From the NCBI RefSeq assembly GCF_963921235.1, contig NC_086109.1, positions 8,186,001 to 8,250,000 on the forward strand: DNA of 64,000 bases. Direction: 5' to 3'. Positions 24,646 through 37,568 of the stretch are shown one piece after another. Origin of the DNA: Mobula hypostoma. Lineage: Eukaryota. Both the position numbers and the translations under genes were made by a program. Below the pieces are notes generated by a model. The model did no database searches and was not told the DNA's origin. It saw nothing but the letters and a program-made list of their open reading frames with translations. Within the stretch, counting starts at the first letter, position 1, and each line of letters opens with the position of its first letter.

Positions 24646-26464
24646 TGTTGCTTCAGACTCCAGCAGCTGCCTTTGGTTCCAGTTTAGATATATTTATCTT
24701 CCCTTTTGGTGAAGAGAGGTGGTGACTGGGTGGAATAAAAACCTTCCATCAAACTGATATCTCCACAACCTCATTTGTTTCTGTCACAAACCATGCTTCC
24801 ATTACCTTTTGTTGCTGAGTTACGGGTTTGATGGGCTCATCAAATCCACATGTCCTTACCCTTACAAAGTACAGCCAAACCTCCTGGAAAATTAGCTCGA
24901 TAGGATCTGTTTAATGGATAAACAAGACTATTTTTGGTTCTTAACTGTGTTGAAATGTTAATGTGAAACTCTAGCTTCTTTTATATTTGGTTTCGCGATG
25001 CGTCATGACCTCCAGACTGACAGAACCAGTTACTGCACTCAGTAGCAACAAACAATCTGCTGGAGGAATTCAGCAGGTCGAGCAGTGTTCGTCGCTCTGG
25101 GTTCCAGTATCTGCATTCCCTTGTGCCTCCAGTGAAAACAGTGGGGTTTCTCTTGGCTGTTACGTTAGAATGAAGTAGGATAGAAGCTCAAGGTGTTCAA
25201 GCCAGTTGGTTTAGTAGGTAGGCCAGTTGACCACTGGTCCCTCGTGTGACAAGAGTTTGTGGAAGGTTGATGGAGAAGTGGGGAGTATAAGACCTAGGAA
25301 CAAAATTAGCCATTCAGCCCGTTGAGTCTGCTCTGCCCCTCCATCATGGCTGATTTATTATCCCCCTCATCCCCATTCTCCTGCCTCCTCCCCATAGCCT
25401 TTGACACCCTTACGAACTGAGAACTATCAACATCCACTTTAAATATACCCAGTGACTTGGCCTCCATAGCCATCTATGGCAGTGAATTCCATAGGTTCAC
25501 CACTCTCTGACTAAAGAAATTCTTCCTCATCGCTGTTCTAAAGGGGGCGTCTGAGGCTGTGCCCACTGGTCATAGCCTCACACACTGTGGGAAACATCCT
25601 CTCCACATCTACTGGGAGGGAGTTAGATATGGCCCTTGAGGCTAAAGGGATGAGGGAGTTAGATATGGCCCTTGTGGCTAAAGGGGTCAGGGGGTATGGA
25701 GGGAAGGCTGGTACAGGGTTCTGAGTTGGATGATCAGCCATGATCATACTGAATGGCCTACTCCTGCACCTATTTACTATGTTTCTATGTTTACTCTACT
25801 AAATCTTTTGACATTTAATAGGTTCCAATGAGATCGCCTCTTGTTCTTCTAAACTCCAGTGAGTACAGGCCCAGAGCCTTCAAACACTCCCATATGTTAA
25901 CCCTGACATTCCCAGGATCATTCTCGTGAACCTATACAAATAGCATGAGTGTAAATGGGTGCTTCGCCTTCAGATACACCCTGAGTTCATGGCCCAGAAA
26001 GCTCAGCAGGGCCTCTACCTCCTCAGGAGGCTAAAGAAATTTGACATGTCTCCTTTGACCCAAAGTCAGATTAAAATTTCTTATCTAAGTGTGTATATTA
26101 TTACTAAATACTACCTTGAGATTCATTTTCTTGCAAGCATTCACATGAAAATAAAGAGATGCAATTGAATCTATGAAAAACTATACATAAAACTACAAAA
26201 GAAGACAAATTGAAGCCAAATATCAAAAATAATACTGTATTGAGAATAAGAGTTGCAAATTAAGCTTGCAGGCGATAGAACCAGTTCAGAGTAGTGGTGA
26301 ATGAAGTTACCCGTGCCAGTTCAGGGGACTAGTGTAATAATTGTCCTGAATCTGATGGTCTGGAAGCTAAGGCTTCTGTTCCTCCTGCCAGACGGTAGTA
26401 GCGAGAAGAGAGCATGGCCTGTATGGTGATGGTCATTGGTGATGGTTACTGCTTTCTAGTGCTT

Positions 26465-26872
26465 GCTGTGGAATTTAGAAGGATGAGAGGGGACCTGATT
26501 GAAACATACAAGATTATTAAGGGATTGGACACGCTAGAGGCTGGAAACATGTTCCCGATGTTGGGGGAGTCCAAAACCAGAGGCCACAGTTTAAGAATAA
26601 GGGGTAGACAATTTAGAACGGAGTTGAGGAAAAACTTTTCCACACAGAGGGTTGTGGTTCTGTGGAATGCTCTGCCTCAGAGGGCAGTGGAGGCCAATTC
26701 TCTGGATTCTTTCCAAAAAAGAGTTAGATAGAGCTCTTAAAGATAGCGGAGTCAAGGGATATGGGGAGAAGGCAGGAAAAGGGTACTGATTGTGGATGAT
26801 CAGCCATGATTACAGTAAATGTTGGAGCTGGCTTGAAGGGCCGAATGGCCTACTCCTGTACCTATTGTCTAT
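26465..26872 (+). mobile_element. Relatively young CR1 3' end
   Basis: EFRRMRGDLIETYKIIKGLD..KTRGHSLRIRG..FRTELRKNFSTQRVVVLWNALPQRAVEA. Confidence 0.88.
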
Positions 26873-27196
26873 TTATAACCTGCTGTAGCTTCCAAGAGCA
26901 ACACACACACACAAAGCACTGGAGGAACTCATTGGGTCAGGCAGCATTTACGGAGGGAAATGGACATTCAGTGTTACGAGTCGAGACCCTTCGTCACTAT
27001 CCAGGTATTGTCCCACATAGATGGCAAACTGTGGGATGTCCAGTCTTAAAAACAGAATCATTAACCAACTATAGTGGAAGTGAAATTTGTCTTTTTTGTT
27101 GAGTTGATTTTGTATTAAAATTGGTGCTTGAATTTTATTTCACTGACAATTGAGATCTTTATTGGTAACATCCAAACTTTTCCTTTCTTTCCGCAG

Positions 27197-27394
27197 GTTT
27201 ATCCGGCAACCCAGCTGATCTCGATAAACGGAAACTAGTATTTGGTCAGAACTTTATACCTCCCAAAAAGGCAAAAACCTTCCTGCAGTTAGTATGGGAA
27301 GCATTGCAAGACGTGACATTAATTATCTTAGAAATTGCGGCTATCATCTCCCTGGGCCTCTCATTTTACCGCCCTCCAGGACAAGACAATTATC
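27197..27394 (+). CDS. ATP2B4: PMCA coding exon (N-terminal region and TM1): (G)[65 protein letters not shown]
   Basis: Manual translation gives the PMCA motif [20 protein letters not shown]. Acceptor tcctttctttccgcag, donor gtaagt, 198 nt, phase 1-1. Missed by the ORF track. Confidence 0.96.
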
Positions 27395-30256
27395 GTAAGT
27401 ACCTGACGCGTCTCTTAATAAGATTCTGTGAAAGCTGAGTGAACAATTAAGTTCAATATTGAAACATTCAATTCCTTATCTACAATGTCTTTACAGGAAC
27501 CGGGAATTTTAGTTTTGAGGAGAAGTCAGCTGGTCTAGGGTTGATTTCCTTTGTAGGATGCTGAGGAAATATTTAATTGAAGTGTACAAAATTGTCAAGG
27601 GTTTAAACTTTCCCTTGGGAGAGAAGTTAATAACTTGATGTACATTTCTGGTGATTAGTAAAGGCATTCGATAGAGGTTGAGGACAATTCAAAGTAAATT
27701 TATTGTCAAGGTACCTTATGTTATCTTCAGATTCATTTTCTTGCAGGCATTAATAGAAATACCGTAGAATTTGCGAAAAGCTCTACATAAACAGACAAAG
27801 ACTAACAAATAACCACTGCGCAAAAGAAGACAAACTGTGCAGATAAAAATAATACTGAGAACATGAGTTGTAGAGAGTCCTTGACAAAGAGTCTGTAGGC
27901 TCTGGAATCAGTTCAGATTTGCAGTGAGTGGAATTATCTGCACCGGTTCGACAGCCTGATGGTGGTAGGCTAATAACTGTTCCTGAACCTGGTAGCGTGG
28001 GACCTAAAGCTCCTGTACCTCTTGCCCGAGTAGCAAAAAGAGAGCATGGTGAGGAAGTTTCCACCGAGTGGGTAGAATGATGCAGAATTATTAACCTACA
28101 CAAAACAAAATGATTTGATTTAATTAGACCATAAGATGTAGGAGCAGAATTAGGCCATTTGGCTGTCGAGTCTGCTCAGCCATTTCATCATGGCTGGTCT
28201 ATTTTCCCTCTCAGCCCCAATCTCCTGCCTTCCCCTAGTATCCTTTCATGCCCTGACTAATAACCTTCAATTATATATTGGTTTTTCATGGAAAATGAAA
28301 ACAGAAAATGCTAAAAGGGTTCGGCCAGTCAGATGAAACCTCTTAGGAGAAAGATAAACTGCCAATGTTTCCAGTCAGGGACCTTCAAAGCTGCGACAAG
28401 TAGGAGTGAAACAGGCTTCAGGATGAAAAGGAAATGGAGAGGAGAGATTGAACAGCAGGGTCAGGTGTGTGATAAGGTGCAATTCTCTACCACAAATTTG
28501 GCAAGCAAAACTGAGTCAGGTTCAAAAAGGTTCATTTATCATCAAACTATGCATGCAATACACAACTCTGAGATTCTTCTTCTCCAGATAGCCATGAAAC
28601 AAAGAAAACCCATGGAAGTCAGTTCAGAGAGAAACAGCAGACCCATTCCCCCCCCCAGCTCAAAAAAAGAACGACAACATGATCACCAACCATTCCCCCA
28701 GACCCTGCTCCCCCAGTTCAAAATGCAAGAAGAATGTTGGCCCCCAAATCCCCCTTTGCTCAAACAAAATGCAACAAGAACGTCAGCCCCTAAATCCCCC
28801 TCCACTTGCACAAAATGCAAGAAAAACACCAGTCCCCCCCAACATGAATTGCAACAAGAACTTCAGCCCCCAACTTCCCCTTCCCCTACACAAAAAAAGT
28901 TAGAAAGAATGGGCAAAAACACACAATCTAAGAAACCATAAGACTGAAAAAGTCCATAGGAAGTTTCAATCTAACATTGATCAATTGGACAGGAATCAGA
29001 TTGTTTTGAGGTATTTCTATTTCTTCTTGATTAAGTTTCTTTGGTTTTCTCCTTAATTTAACAATGAGAGGCTTATACTCAGTTAGGTCTAGGTCAGACT
29101 GGGCTGTAGAATTGTTATTTTTGTTGTAGTTTAATATTCCAATGCTGAAAACACAAATTGCTGCAGGAGCTCAGCAGACCAGGGATTATCTATGGAAATG
29201 AATAAACAGTCGACGTTGCGGGCCGAGACCCTTCATCAGGACCGAGAAGGAAGGGGGAAGACGCCAGAATAAAAAAAGGTGGGGGGAGGGGAAGGAGGCT
29301 AGCTAGATGGTTTTAGGCGAAGCCAGCTTGGTGGGAATGGTAAAGGGCTGAGGAAGAAGGAACATTCCTACGCTTGTTTATATTGTTATTTAATCACCTC
29401 TATACCGGAGATTGCTCAGTGAGTTTTAAAGTGGTTCGACTTCCCTCTGTATTGTTCTGGAAACTTCTTGGTTCCATTGGCGGATGTTATATTGCTTGAA
29501 TCTGGCTATTTAATTGGTTACACACACACAATGCTGGAGGAACTCAGCAGGTCAGGCAGCATCTGTGGAAAGAGTGAACAGTCAATGTTTCAGGCTGAGG
29601 CCCTTCAACAGGACTTAACTGCTAGCTCTTGGAATTTCAATGGAATCGGTGATCTGGTATAAGAAGAGCAGACCATTTTAGTTCACTCTTTTATTTTTTA
29701 CCCTCTTTTCCTTAGATACCCTTCGTTTCCTCTTCCCACCTCCTTCTCTTTCTCCTTCCCTCTTTGTCTCACCGCACAGCCTTTCCTCTTGTAACACTTC
29801 ATAAAAGGATCATAATCACAAGTTTTATGCCTCTTCCTTGACGTCTAAAGAACCTTTGGATCACAAAGGCATTTGCATCCAACACCTACATTTTTCCACT
29901 GACGTTAATTTTCAAAGAAATTTCAAAAGTTAAATATTAACTTAAATGAAATTTTCAGGATTTTATGGCCAGCTGATTTACTTTCTACTTTCCTTCCTCA
30001 ATCCACTTGACATGAAATCTCAGAATAGTAGGAAGTAGCATCTAAAAATTTATTCCGGTCATCCATGAGTGAAAATAGAAAACACTTCTATGCATGAAGG
30101 AAGAAATAGAACTCTTCTCACTTGCCTGTCACTTTCCCCAGGTCATCTCTCCTCTCCCATCATCCCTTTACCTTTCCCACCCACCTGATTTCACCTTCTG
30201 TCTATCCTCCTTTCCCTCCCCCACCTTTTTATTCTGGCTTCTTCCCCCTTCCTTTC

Positions 30257-30294
30257 CAGTCCTGAAGAAGGGTCTCGGCCCGAAATGTCGACCG
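30257..30294 (+). ncRNA. PLE hammerhead motif, core intact, helix I with one mismatch
   Basis: cagtc CTGAAGA a gggt-ctcg-gccc GAAAT GTC gaccg, within a PLE 3' fragment at about 30115-30355. Confidence 0.6.
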
Positions 30295-31326
30295 TTCATT
30301 GATTTCCATTGATGCTGCCTGGCCTGGTGAGTTTCTCCAGCATTTTGTGCGTGTTGCAAAAAATAGAACCTTTATCCAAAACTTCTGACTGTTCTGGGTC
30401 AGTTATGAACTTAAATTGTGAGGGTTATAATTTGTTTAGTCTTAAGTATTAAAGGTTGGTCAGATCGAGCTTATTGCCTTTTGCACAAGTAGACGTGTGC
30501 ACAGGTGCAATGGAAAACTTCCTTGCAGCAGCAATGCAGGCACAGAGCATCAGATAAGCACCATTCACAGGAAAAACATAAATTCTGTGCAACTTTTACA
30601 AGAAAGAACAAAAACACGTCCATTTTAGTTTGAAGTGGCAGTAGTGTTACTAAATGGTAGTGAGCAGGATTTTGCTGATTGATTCAAGAATCGAAAGGTT
30701 GAAGAGAAGCATTTGTTCTTGAACCTGGTGGTGTGGTAATTTAAAAAAAATTGTGCAAGGTATAGAAACAACACATTTTTTGTTGTTTTGGTTTCCAGAA
30801 AGATTAAGATTAGTTCTAAAAAATAAAATTCCCATCTTGTTCATTCAGAAGGGGGATATTTCTGTTACATTGAAGATAACGTGCCACCCTCTCCCCTCTC
30901 AGCCACACAGACACAAACTAAAACATAGTCATTTTACCAGATGTCTGGATTCACTGTATGTTAGAGAGGGGCAGGTCCCTTGCAGAGCAGTGGTTTCTAT
31001 ATCTCCTACCCGATGGTAGCTGCAAGAAGATGCCTTGTCCTGTATGGTGGGCATCTTTGACGATGGATGTGTCCTTCCTAGGGCAATGCCTCCTGTAGAT
31101 GCTATCAGTGGTGGGGATGGATGTGTCCATGATGTAGTGGCTAAATACACTACTCTCTACAGCTTCTAATGTTCCTGTGCATTCGCATTGCCCATACTAG
31201 ACCAGTCCAACGGTACTGGGAAAAAGGAGCCATCAACAGGGTCTGGCTGGTTGGCAAAGCAGACTTAAGGGATTAATGGCTCGAGGTGCAAAGTCTACAT
31301 CATCTTTTGCTGATAGTCACACACCC

Positions 31327-31871
31327 AGTAGCCACTTTACTAGCTCAGGAGTGGAATCTGGTGGGGTTTTCCACTATTGTAGCCTATTTACCTCAAGGTT
31401 CGACATATTGTGCATTCAGAGGTTCTCTTCTGCACAGCAGTCTTGTGAGGTGTGGTTATTTTTAATTGCTGGTGCTCCTGTCAGCTTGAACCAGTCTGGC
31501 TATTCTCCTCTGACCTCTCTCATTAACAAGGCATTTTCCTCCACTGGATGTTTTTTTTTAAGTTTTGCGACCAATCTCTGTAAACTCTAGAGATGGCTGT
31601 GTGTGAAAATCCCAGGAGATCGGCGGTTTCTGAGATACTCAGATAACCCCAGCTGGTACCAACAATCATTCCACTGTCAAAGTCACTTAGATTACATTTC
31701 TTCTCCATTCTGATGTTTGGTCTGACAACAACTGAACCTATTTTTGTGTGTGTTGCAACTGAACCTCTTGACCATGTCTGCATGCCTGTATGCAGTGGGT
31801 TGTTGTCACATGATTGGCTGATTAGATATCAGCATTAACATGTAGTGGTGTTTATTAAAGAGGCCACTGAC
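31327..31871 (-). mobile_element. Internally deleted Tc1-like transposon (same family as 8378)
   Basis: ORF 31523-31783 MEKKCNLSDFDSGMIVG..SISETADLLGFSHTAISRVYRDW. Confidence 0.85.
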
Positions 31872-31960
31872 TGTATGTTAAATGATGCTGTCGTGTAATT
31901 TAAGTTACTTTATTCAATTGATTCTTTCCATCAACCGTATTTCTCTCCCTCCCCACTCAG

Positions 31961-32215
31961 TGTGTGGAGATGCCGCGGGTGGCGAAGATGAAGGGGAGGC
32001 AGATGCTGGTTGGATCGAAGGGGCAGCTATCCTCCTCTCGGTCATCTGTGTGGTGCTGGTGACAGCCTTCAACGACTGGAGTAAGGAGAAGCAGTTCCGT
32101 GGGCTGCAGAGCCGCATCGAGCAGGAGCAGAAGTTTACCGTGATCCGAAAGGGTCAGGTTATCCAGATCCCAGTGGCCGAGATTGTAGTCGGGGACATTG
32201 CCCAGATCAAGTACG
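31961..32215 (+). CDS. ATP2B4: PMCA coding exon (TM2 and start of actuator domain): (L)[84 protein letters not shown]
   Basis: Contained in ORF 31882-32223. PMCA signature [28 protein letters not shown]. Acceptor ctccccactcag, donor gtgagt, 255 nt, in frame with the previous exon. Confidence 0.97.
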
Positions 32216-33249
32216 GTGAGTGATCAGCAGGGAAGAACGGTGCATTCGACACGGGAATCAGAATGACATTTGTTAGCACTGACGCATGTCGTGAATTTGT
32301 TGCTTGGTGCAAGACATAAACATTACTACAAGCTACAAAAATAAATAAATGGTGTGAAAGAGATTTAGTGAAATCAGAGGGTGGTGAATCTGTGGAATTC
32401 ATCGGCGCAGACAGCAGTGGAGGCCAAATTATTTAAAGTGAAGGTTGATAGGTTCTTAGTAAGTAAGAGCAAAAAGGCAGAATAATGAGGTTGTAAGGGA
32501 TAATAAATTGGCCATGATTGAATAGCAGAGCAGACTCAATGGGCCAAATGGCCTAATTCTCCTTCTGTATCTTATGGCACACTGGGAGAGTGGTAGTACA
32601 ACCTCAGAGTAAAAGGACGTCTCCTTAGAACGGAGATGAGGAGGAATTTCTTTAGCCAGAGGTTGGTGAATCTATGAAATTCATTACTATATATGACTGT
32701 GGAGGCTAAGTTATTGGGTATATTTAAAGTGGAGGTTGATAGATTCCTGATTAGTTAAAGTCATCAAGGGTTACAAGGAGTAGGCAAGAGAAATAGGGTT
32801 GAGAGGGATAATAAGTCAGCCATGATGGAAGACTGATGTTGGAGGGGAAGAAACTGTTCCTAAAACATTGAGTGGTGGATCTTCAGGCTCCTGTACCTCA
32901 TCCTTAATGGTTGTAATAGGAAGAGAGCCAGAATCAAGCTTATTCTCACAGTCATGTGTTGTGAAATTGATTGTTCTGTGGGAGCAGTACTGTGTAAGAT
33001 TTTTTTAAAATCCAGTAGCTTACAGAAATAGTGCAAAAGCAAAATTGTGAAGATGAAACCATTCAGATGGCAGAAGGGTTAAAGGTCAAGGATCAACTTT
33101 ATTTGCCACACATATTTACATGTTTTAGGGATTTGCTGCGGTGCATTGATGTGGACATACAACTAAAATCATTCAACGATTATAAAGGATAAACAGTGAT
33201 ATAAAAGTAATAGTAGAATTATTTTTCTAAAAGGGCTTGTGATGAGGTG

Positions 33250-36100
33250 GTGGGCTTGCCACTGTGTTCAAAAAGTACTTTAGGTACAATCTGCTGTCTT
33301 TCAGCAATTTTTCAAGTTTTGAGGTACATATCTTTAAAATTTGTGATTTGGACCCTATCCTGTGTGTTGTCGTTTATCGCCCCCCTAAATCCAATGTCAG
33401 AATTCTTGCCCTCTATTATATTGAACTATGACACGATTCTCATCTCTGGTGATTTCAATATTCATATTAATGATCCCTCAAATGCATACTCTATGGCAGC
33501 TGAATTCATGAGCTTGCTGGACTGGCTAGGTCTTACCCAGCATGTCACTGACCCACCCAACAACTTAGAAATACACCGGGCTTAGTAATGACAAAAGGGT
33601 TAAATATTGTTAATGTCTCTCTGTCTGATACCACTATCCCTGATCATTTCTGTGTATATTTTGATGCCTTTCTACCTGGAACCAAGACTACAAAATGAAT
33701 TATAGTTTAAAAAGAAGTTTCTCAATACAACTTAAGTTCTTTGAGCTGGCTAGTTTATGTGACTTAAATTGCTCAGTAAATTAAATGGTTGGTTCTTTCA
33801 ACATCTGAGGCCCTCCCTTGGTCGGGGTCGACCATGGATGTTGTATCCCAGCTGTCTACATGATACGCAAGCCAAGGCAGTATGATATAGAGAGCAAACT
33901 GTTGCCCCCTCCACACAGTTGATGAATCCAAAGGAATAGCGGACCCTGTCACAGTTTGGCACAGCAGCTTCGCAGAAGTTGACGGTCAATGTTGAACTCA
34001 ACGTAGGACTGCCTTGGGGACCTCAGCTTCGGTTTTTCCCTCGGGGTTTGCTCCAGGAGCCTTCCGCATGAGTGGGTACAGCCGCAAGGCAGCGGAGGTT
34101 TGAGATCAGAGTTTACCTTCTGTAGATGAGCTGCCAACCACGGCTGACGAGCCTCATCTGCCCGAAGCGACTGGTTTTAAGGCACCAATGACCCACCTTC
34201 GCCCCTTCTCCTGTCAGTAGAAACGGTTCCGCTATACTTAGTAGTTGAGCCACACGTGAAGGCCAGGAGCTGGACTTGGCTTCAACAATAACTTAACAAA
34301 TATATTAAACACAGTGGCCCCGCTTAGGGTTAAAAATAAATCACTTACTAAAACATTACCATGGTTAACCAATTCTGTCAGCAAACTCAAGCAATTTTGT
34401 AGAGTAGCTAAGAGAAAATTGAGGAAAACTGGTCGAGGTCCATCGTAATATTTACAAGTCCCCTATTTTTCTCCTTATACATTGCTATTCTTAGGAGGCA
34501 TCATTCAAGAGCATAAACTTGATTTCCACAGTTATGCAGATAACACAAAGTTGTATATCTTGGTTGAGCCTGATGACGATAACATGCTATCTTCTCGGAT
34601 TTCTGGTATGGCTGCAATAAGCAAGTGGATGAGTAATACTTTCCTAAAACTGAATGAAGATAAAACTGAAATACTTTTGGTCAGTTCCAGAGCCAAAAAA
34701 TATAAACTTATTGATAAACTGGGGAACGTGGCTCCCTGTGTAAAATCAGAAGTAACTAGCCTGGGTGTTATCTGTGATTTAGACTTGAATTTTAAACCCC
34801 ACATAAATAAAGTGACCAGATCAGGAATTCCACACTTAAGAAATATTGCAAAGATACGTCAGTTTCTGTCACATAATGATTAGATTAGATTATAAGGACA
34901 CGCAGTCCTCTTTTATTGTCATTTCGTAATGCATGCATTAAGAAATGATGCAATGTTCCTCCGGTGTGATATCACAAAAACACAGGACAGACCAAGACTG
35001 AAAAACTGACAAAAACCACATAATTATAACATATAGTTACAACAGTGCAAGCAATACCATAACTTGATGAAGAACAGGCCATGGGCACAGTAAAAAAGTT
35101 CAAAGTCTCTCGAAAGTCCCACATCTCATGCAGATGGGAGAAGGAAGAAAACTCTCCCTGCCATGCCCGACCACAGTCCGACTCTGAGTCGTCCGAAAAC
35201 TTCGAGCCACCGAGCACCATCTCTACCGAGCACTTCGACCCCAGCCCCGGCCACCAGCAGCAGGCAAAGCCGAGGAATTTGGGGCCTTCCCTCTGGAGAT
35301 TCTCGATCTCACAGTAGCAGCGGGAGCGAACCAGGCATCTCAGAAGTTTCTCCAGATGTTCCTCTGCTTCTCACGTCTGTCTCCATCAAATCAGAATTGT
35401 GCACGGCATCCTACTTACAAATACGATATCATTTCACCGGAGAGCTGCACGTGCTGTGTCGCGCCGCCGTCTTCTCCTCCTGCCGTGATGATGCTGAAAA
35501 ACTAATTCTCTTCTTTACATCAAATGGATAGATCACTGCAATGTACTTTTCACTGGCCTTCCAAAGCAATCTGTTGACAAACTTCAGCTCATTCAGAATG
35601 CTGTTGCTAGACTTTTAACCAAAACCAGGATGAAGGAACATATCACCTTCTCTACTAGTTACTCAGCTTTGGCTTCCTGTATCTTTTAGAATTGATTTTA
35701 AAGTTCTTTTACTTGTTTTTAAAGCTCTCAATGGTCTGGGACTGGACAACATCACAGAATCGTTTTCGTTTCATAATGCTGCTCAAAACTCTCAGGCCTT
35801 CTCCCACCGTCACTTAAATTTAAACAATTTCCCTCAAAAGATAATTGGCAGGTTGGCTTTTTTGAAGTACGCTCCTAATTTAATTCCTAAACCTGTAAGG
35901 GAGGCAGACTCAGTTGGTACTTTCAATCGCCAGCTCAAAACCTATTTATTTAACCTTGCTTTTAACGAAAATACTTTTGTCTTTTATTTCCCTGTTTATT
36001 TTTATTTCTTATTTTATTTTCACGTTTGCACTTTATCCCATTGTAAAGCACTTTGAACTATGTTGTCTGTATGAAAAGAGCTCTGTTAATAAAGTTATTT
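33250..36100 (+). mobile_element. Degraded L2-clade LINE interrupted by insertions at 33800-34280 and 34880-35485
   Basis: APE fragment ILISGDFNIHIN; RT fragments FHSYADNTKLY and LKLNEDKTEILLV; C-terminal LQLIQNAVARLL; tail tgtaaagcactttg..aataaa. Confidence 0.85.
34880..35485 (-). mobile_element. CpG-rich (young) non-coding retroposon with (aatct)n tail
   Basis: The minus strand begins near aagacggcggcg and ends aataaaag..ataatctaatctaatc. It cleanly splits the L2 ORF. Confidence 0.65.
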
Positions 36101-36109
36101 ATAGGTAGA

Positions 36110-37534
36110 TAGATAGGCAGACTACAGGGAGCTAGTCACCCATAAGTGGTCAGGAGAGGGAAGGGAAATAGGCAGCCAGCACAGAGTACCCCTGCGGCCA
36201 TTCTCAAGAGTAAGGGTACTGCTTTAGGTACTATTGAGAAGGACGACCTGCGAGGGTCGAAGGACAGCGACCGGGTCTCCGGCACTGAGTCTGGTGCTGT
36301 AGCTCAGAAGGGAAGCAGGAGTAAAGGACTGCGGTAGTGAGAGGGGATTCCATTGTTAGAGGAGTAGACACGAGATTTTGTAAATGTGAAGAGACGTCCA
36401 GATGGTACGTTGCCCCCCCCCCCATCTGTCAGGGTTAGGGACGTCTCGGATCGGGTCTGTGGCATTCTAAAGGGGGAGGAGGCTGAGTAACCAGGAGTCT
36501 TGGTACACATTAGCGCCAATGACAAAATGTAGGAAAAGAGAGAAGATAGGGAGATAGGTAGAGAGCTGAAAAGCGGGACCTCCAGGGAACTAATCTCTTG
36601 ATTTTTGCCTGTGCAAGCGCTGTTGAGGGTAAGAATAAGATAATTTGGCATATGAATGCGTGGCTGAGGAATTGGTGCAGGGGAGCAGGTTTTCAAATTT
36701 CTGGATCATTGGGATCTCTTCCTGGGCAAAAGGAACAGGTTACACCTGAACCCGAGGGGGACCGATATCCTTGTGGACAGGATTGTCAGAACTGTTGGGG
36801 ATGCTTTAAACTAATTTGGCAGGGGGGTGGGAACCAGAGTGATAGGGCTGAGGATGGGACGGTGTTCAAGTTGAGGCAGAGTGTAGTGAGACCTTGAGGA
36901 AGGACAGGCAGATGATAGAGCTAGATTGCAGCCAGTGGGATGAGTGGCAGTGTAACAGGGGGACAGAATCGAAAAGGGTGTTGAATACAGGACTGAAGGT
37001 GTTATATTTGAATACACGCAGTATACAGAATAAGTAGATGATGTTGTAGCGCTATTAGACATTGTCAGGTATGATGACGTGGGTATCACTGAGTCATGGC
37101 TGAAGGAAGGCTATGGTGGGGAGCTTAACATCCAAGGATACACCTTGTATCAAAAGGACGGCAGCGAGGCTGAGGAGTGTTGTGGCTCTGTTGGTTAAAA
37201 AGAAATGAAATCAAGTCATTAGAAAGAAGTGACATGGGATGGGAGGAGTTAAGAAACTGCCTCTGAACAGTAGCCAGGACGTGGGCTACAAATTACAATG
37301 GGAGATAGAAAAGGCATGTCAAAAGGGGAATGTTACCATAGTCATGGGGGATTTCAGTGTTGTAGGTGGATTGGGAAAATCGGGTTAGCGCTGGATCACA
37401 GTAGAGGGAATTTGTAGAATGCCTGCAAGATGGCTTTTCAGGACAGCTTGTGGTTGAGGCCATCGGGGAAAGGCAATTCTGGTTTGGGTGTGGTGTGATG
37501 AACTGGATTTGATTAGGGAGCTTGAGGTAAAGGA
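36110..37534 (+). mobile_element. CR1 5' portion (ORF1 SGNH-esterase-like remnant and start of ORF2 APE endonuclease)
   Basis: GDSIVRG, MNAWLRNWC, VLYLNTRSIQNK, GITESWL and IVMGDF motifs across frameshifts. Confidence 0.8.
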
Positions 37535-37568
37535 TAAACAAGCAAGAATAACTTACTTAATAGATATA

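Noticed and set aside
28333..28941. 202-aa ORF
   Set aside because: It spans a degenerate PLE fragment and a low-complexity repeat, with no recognisable domain.
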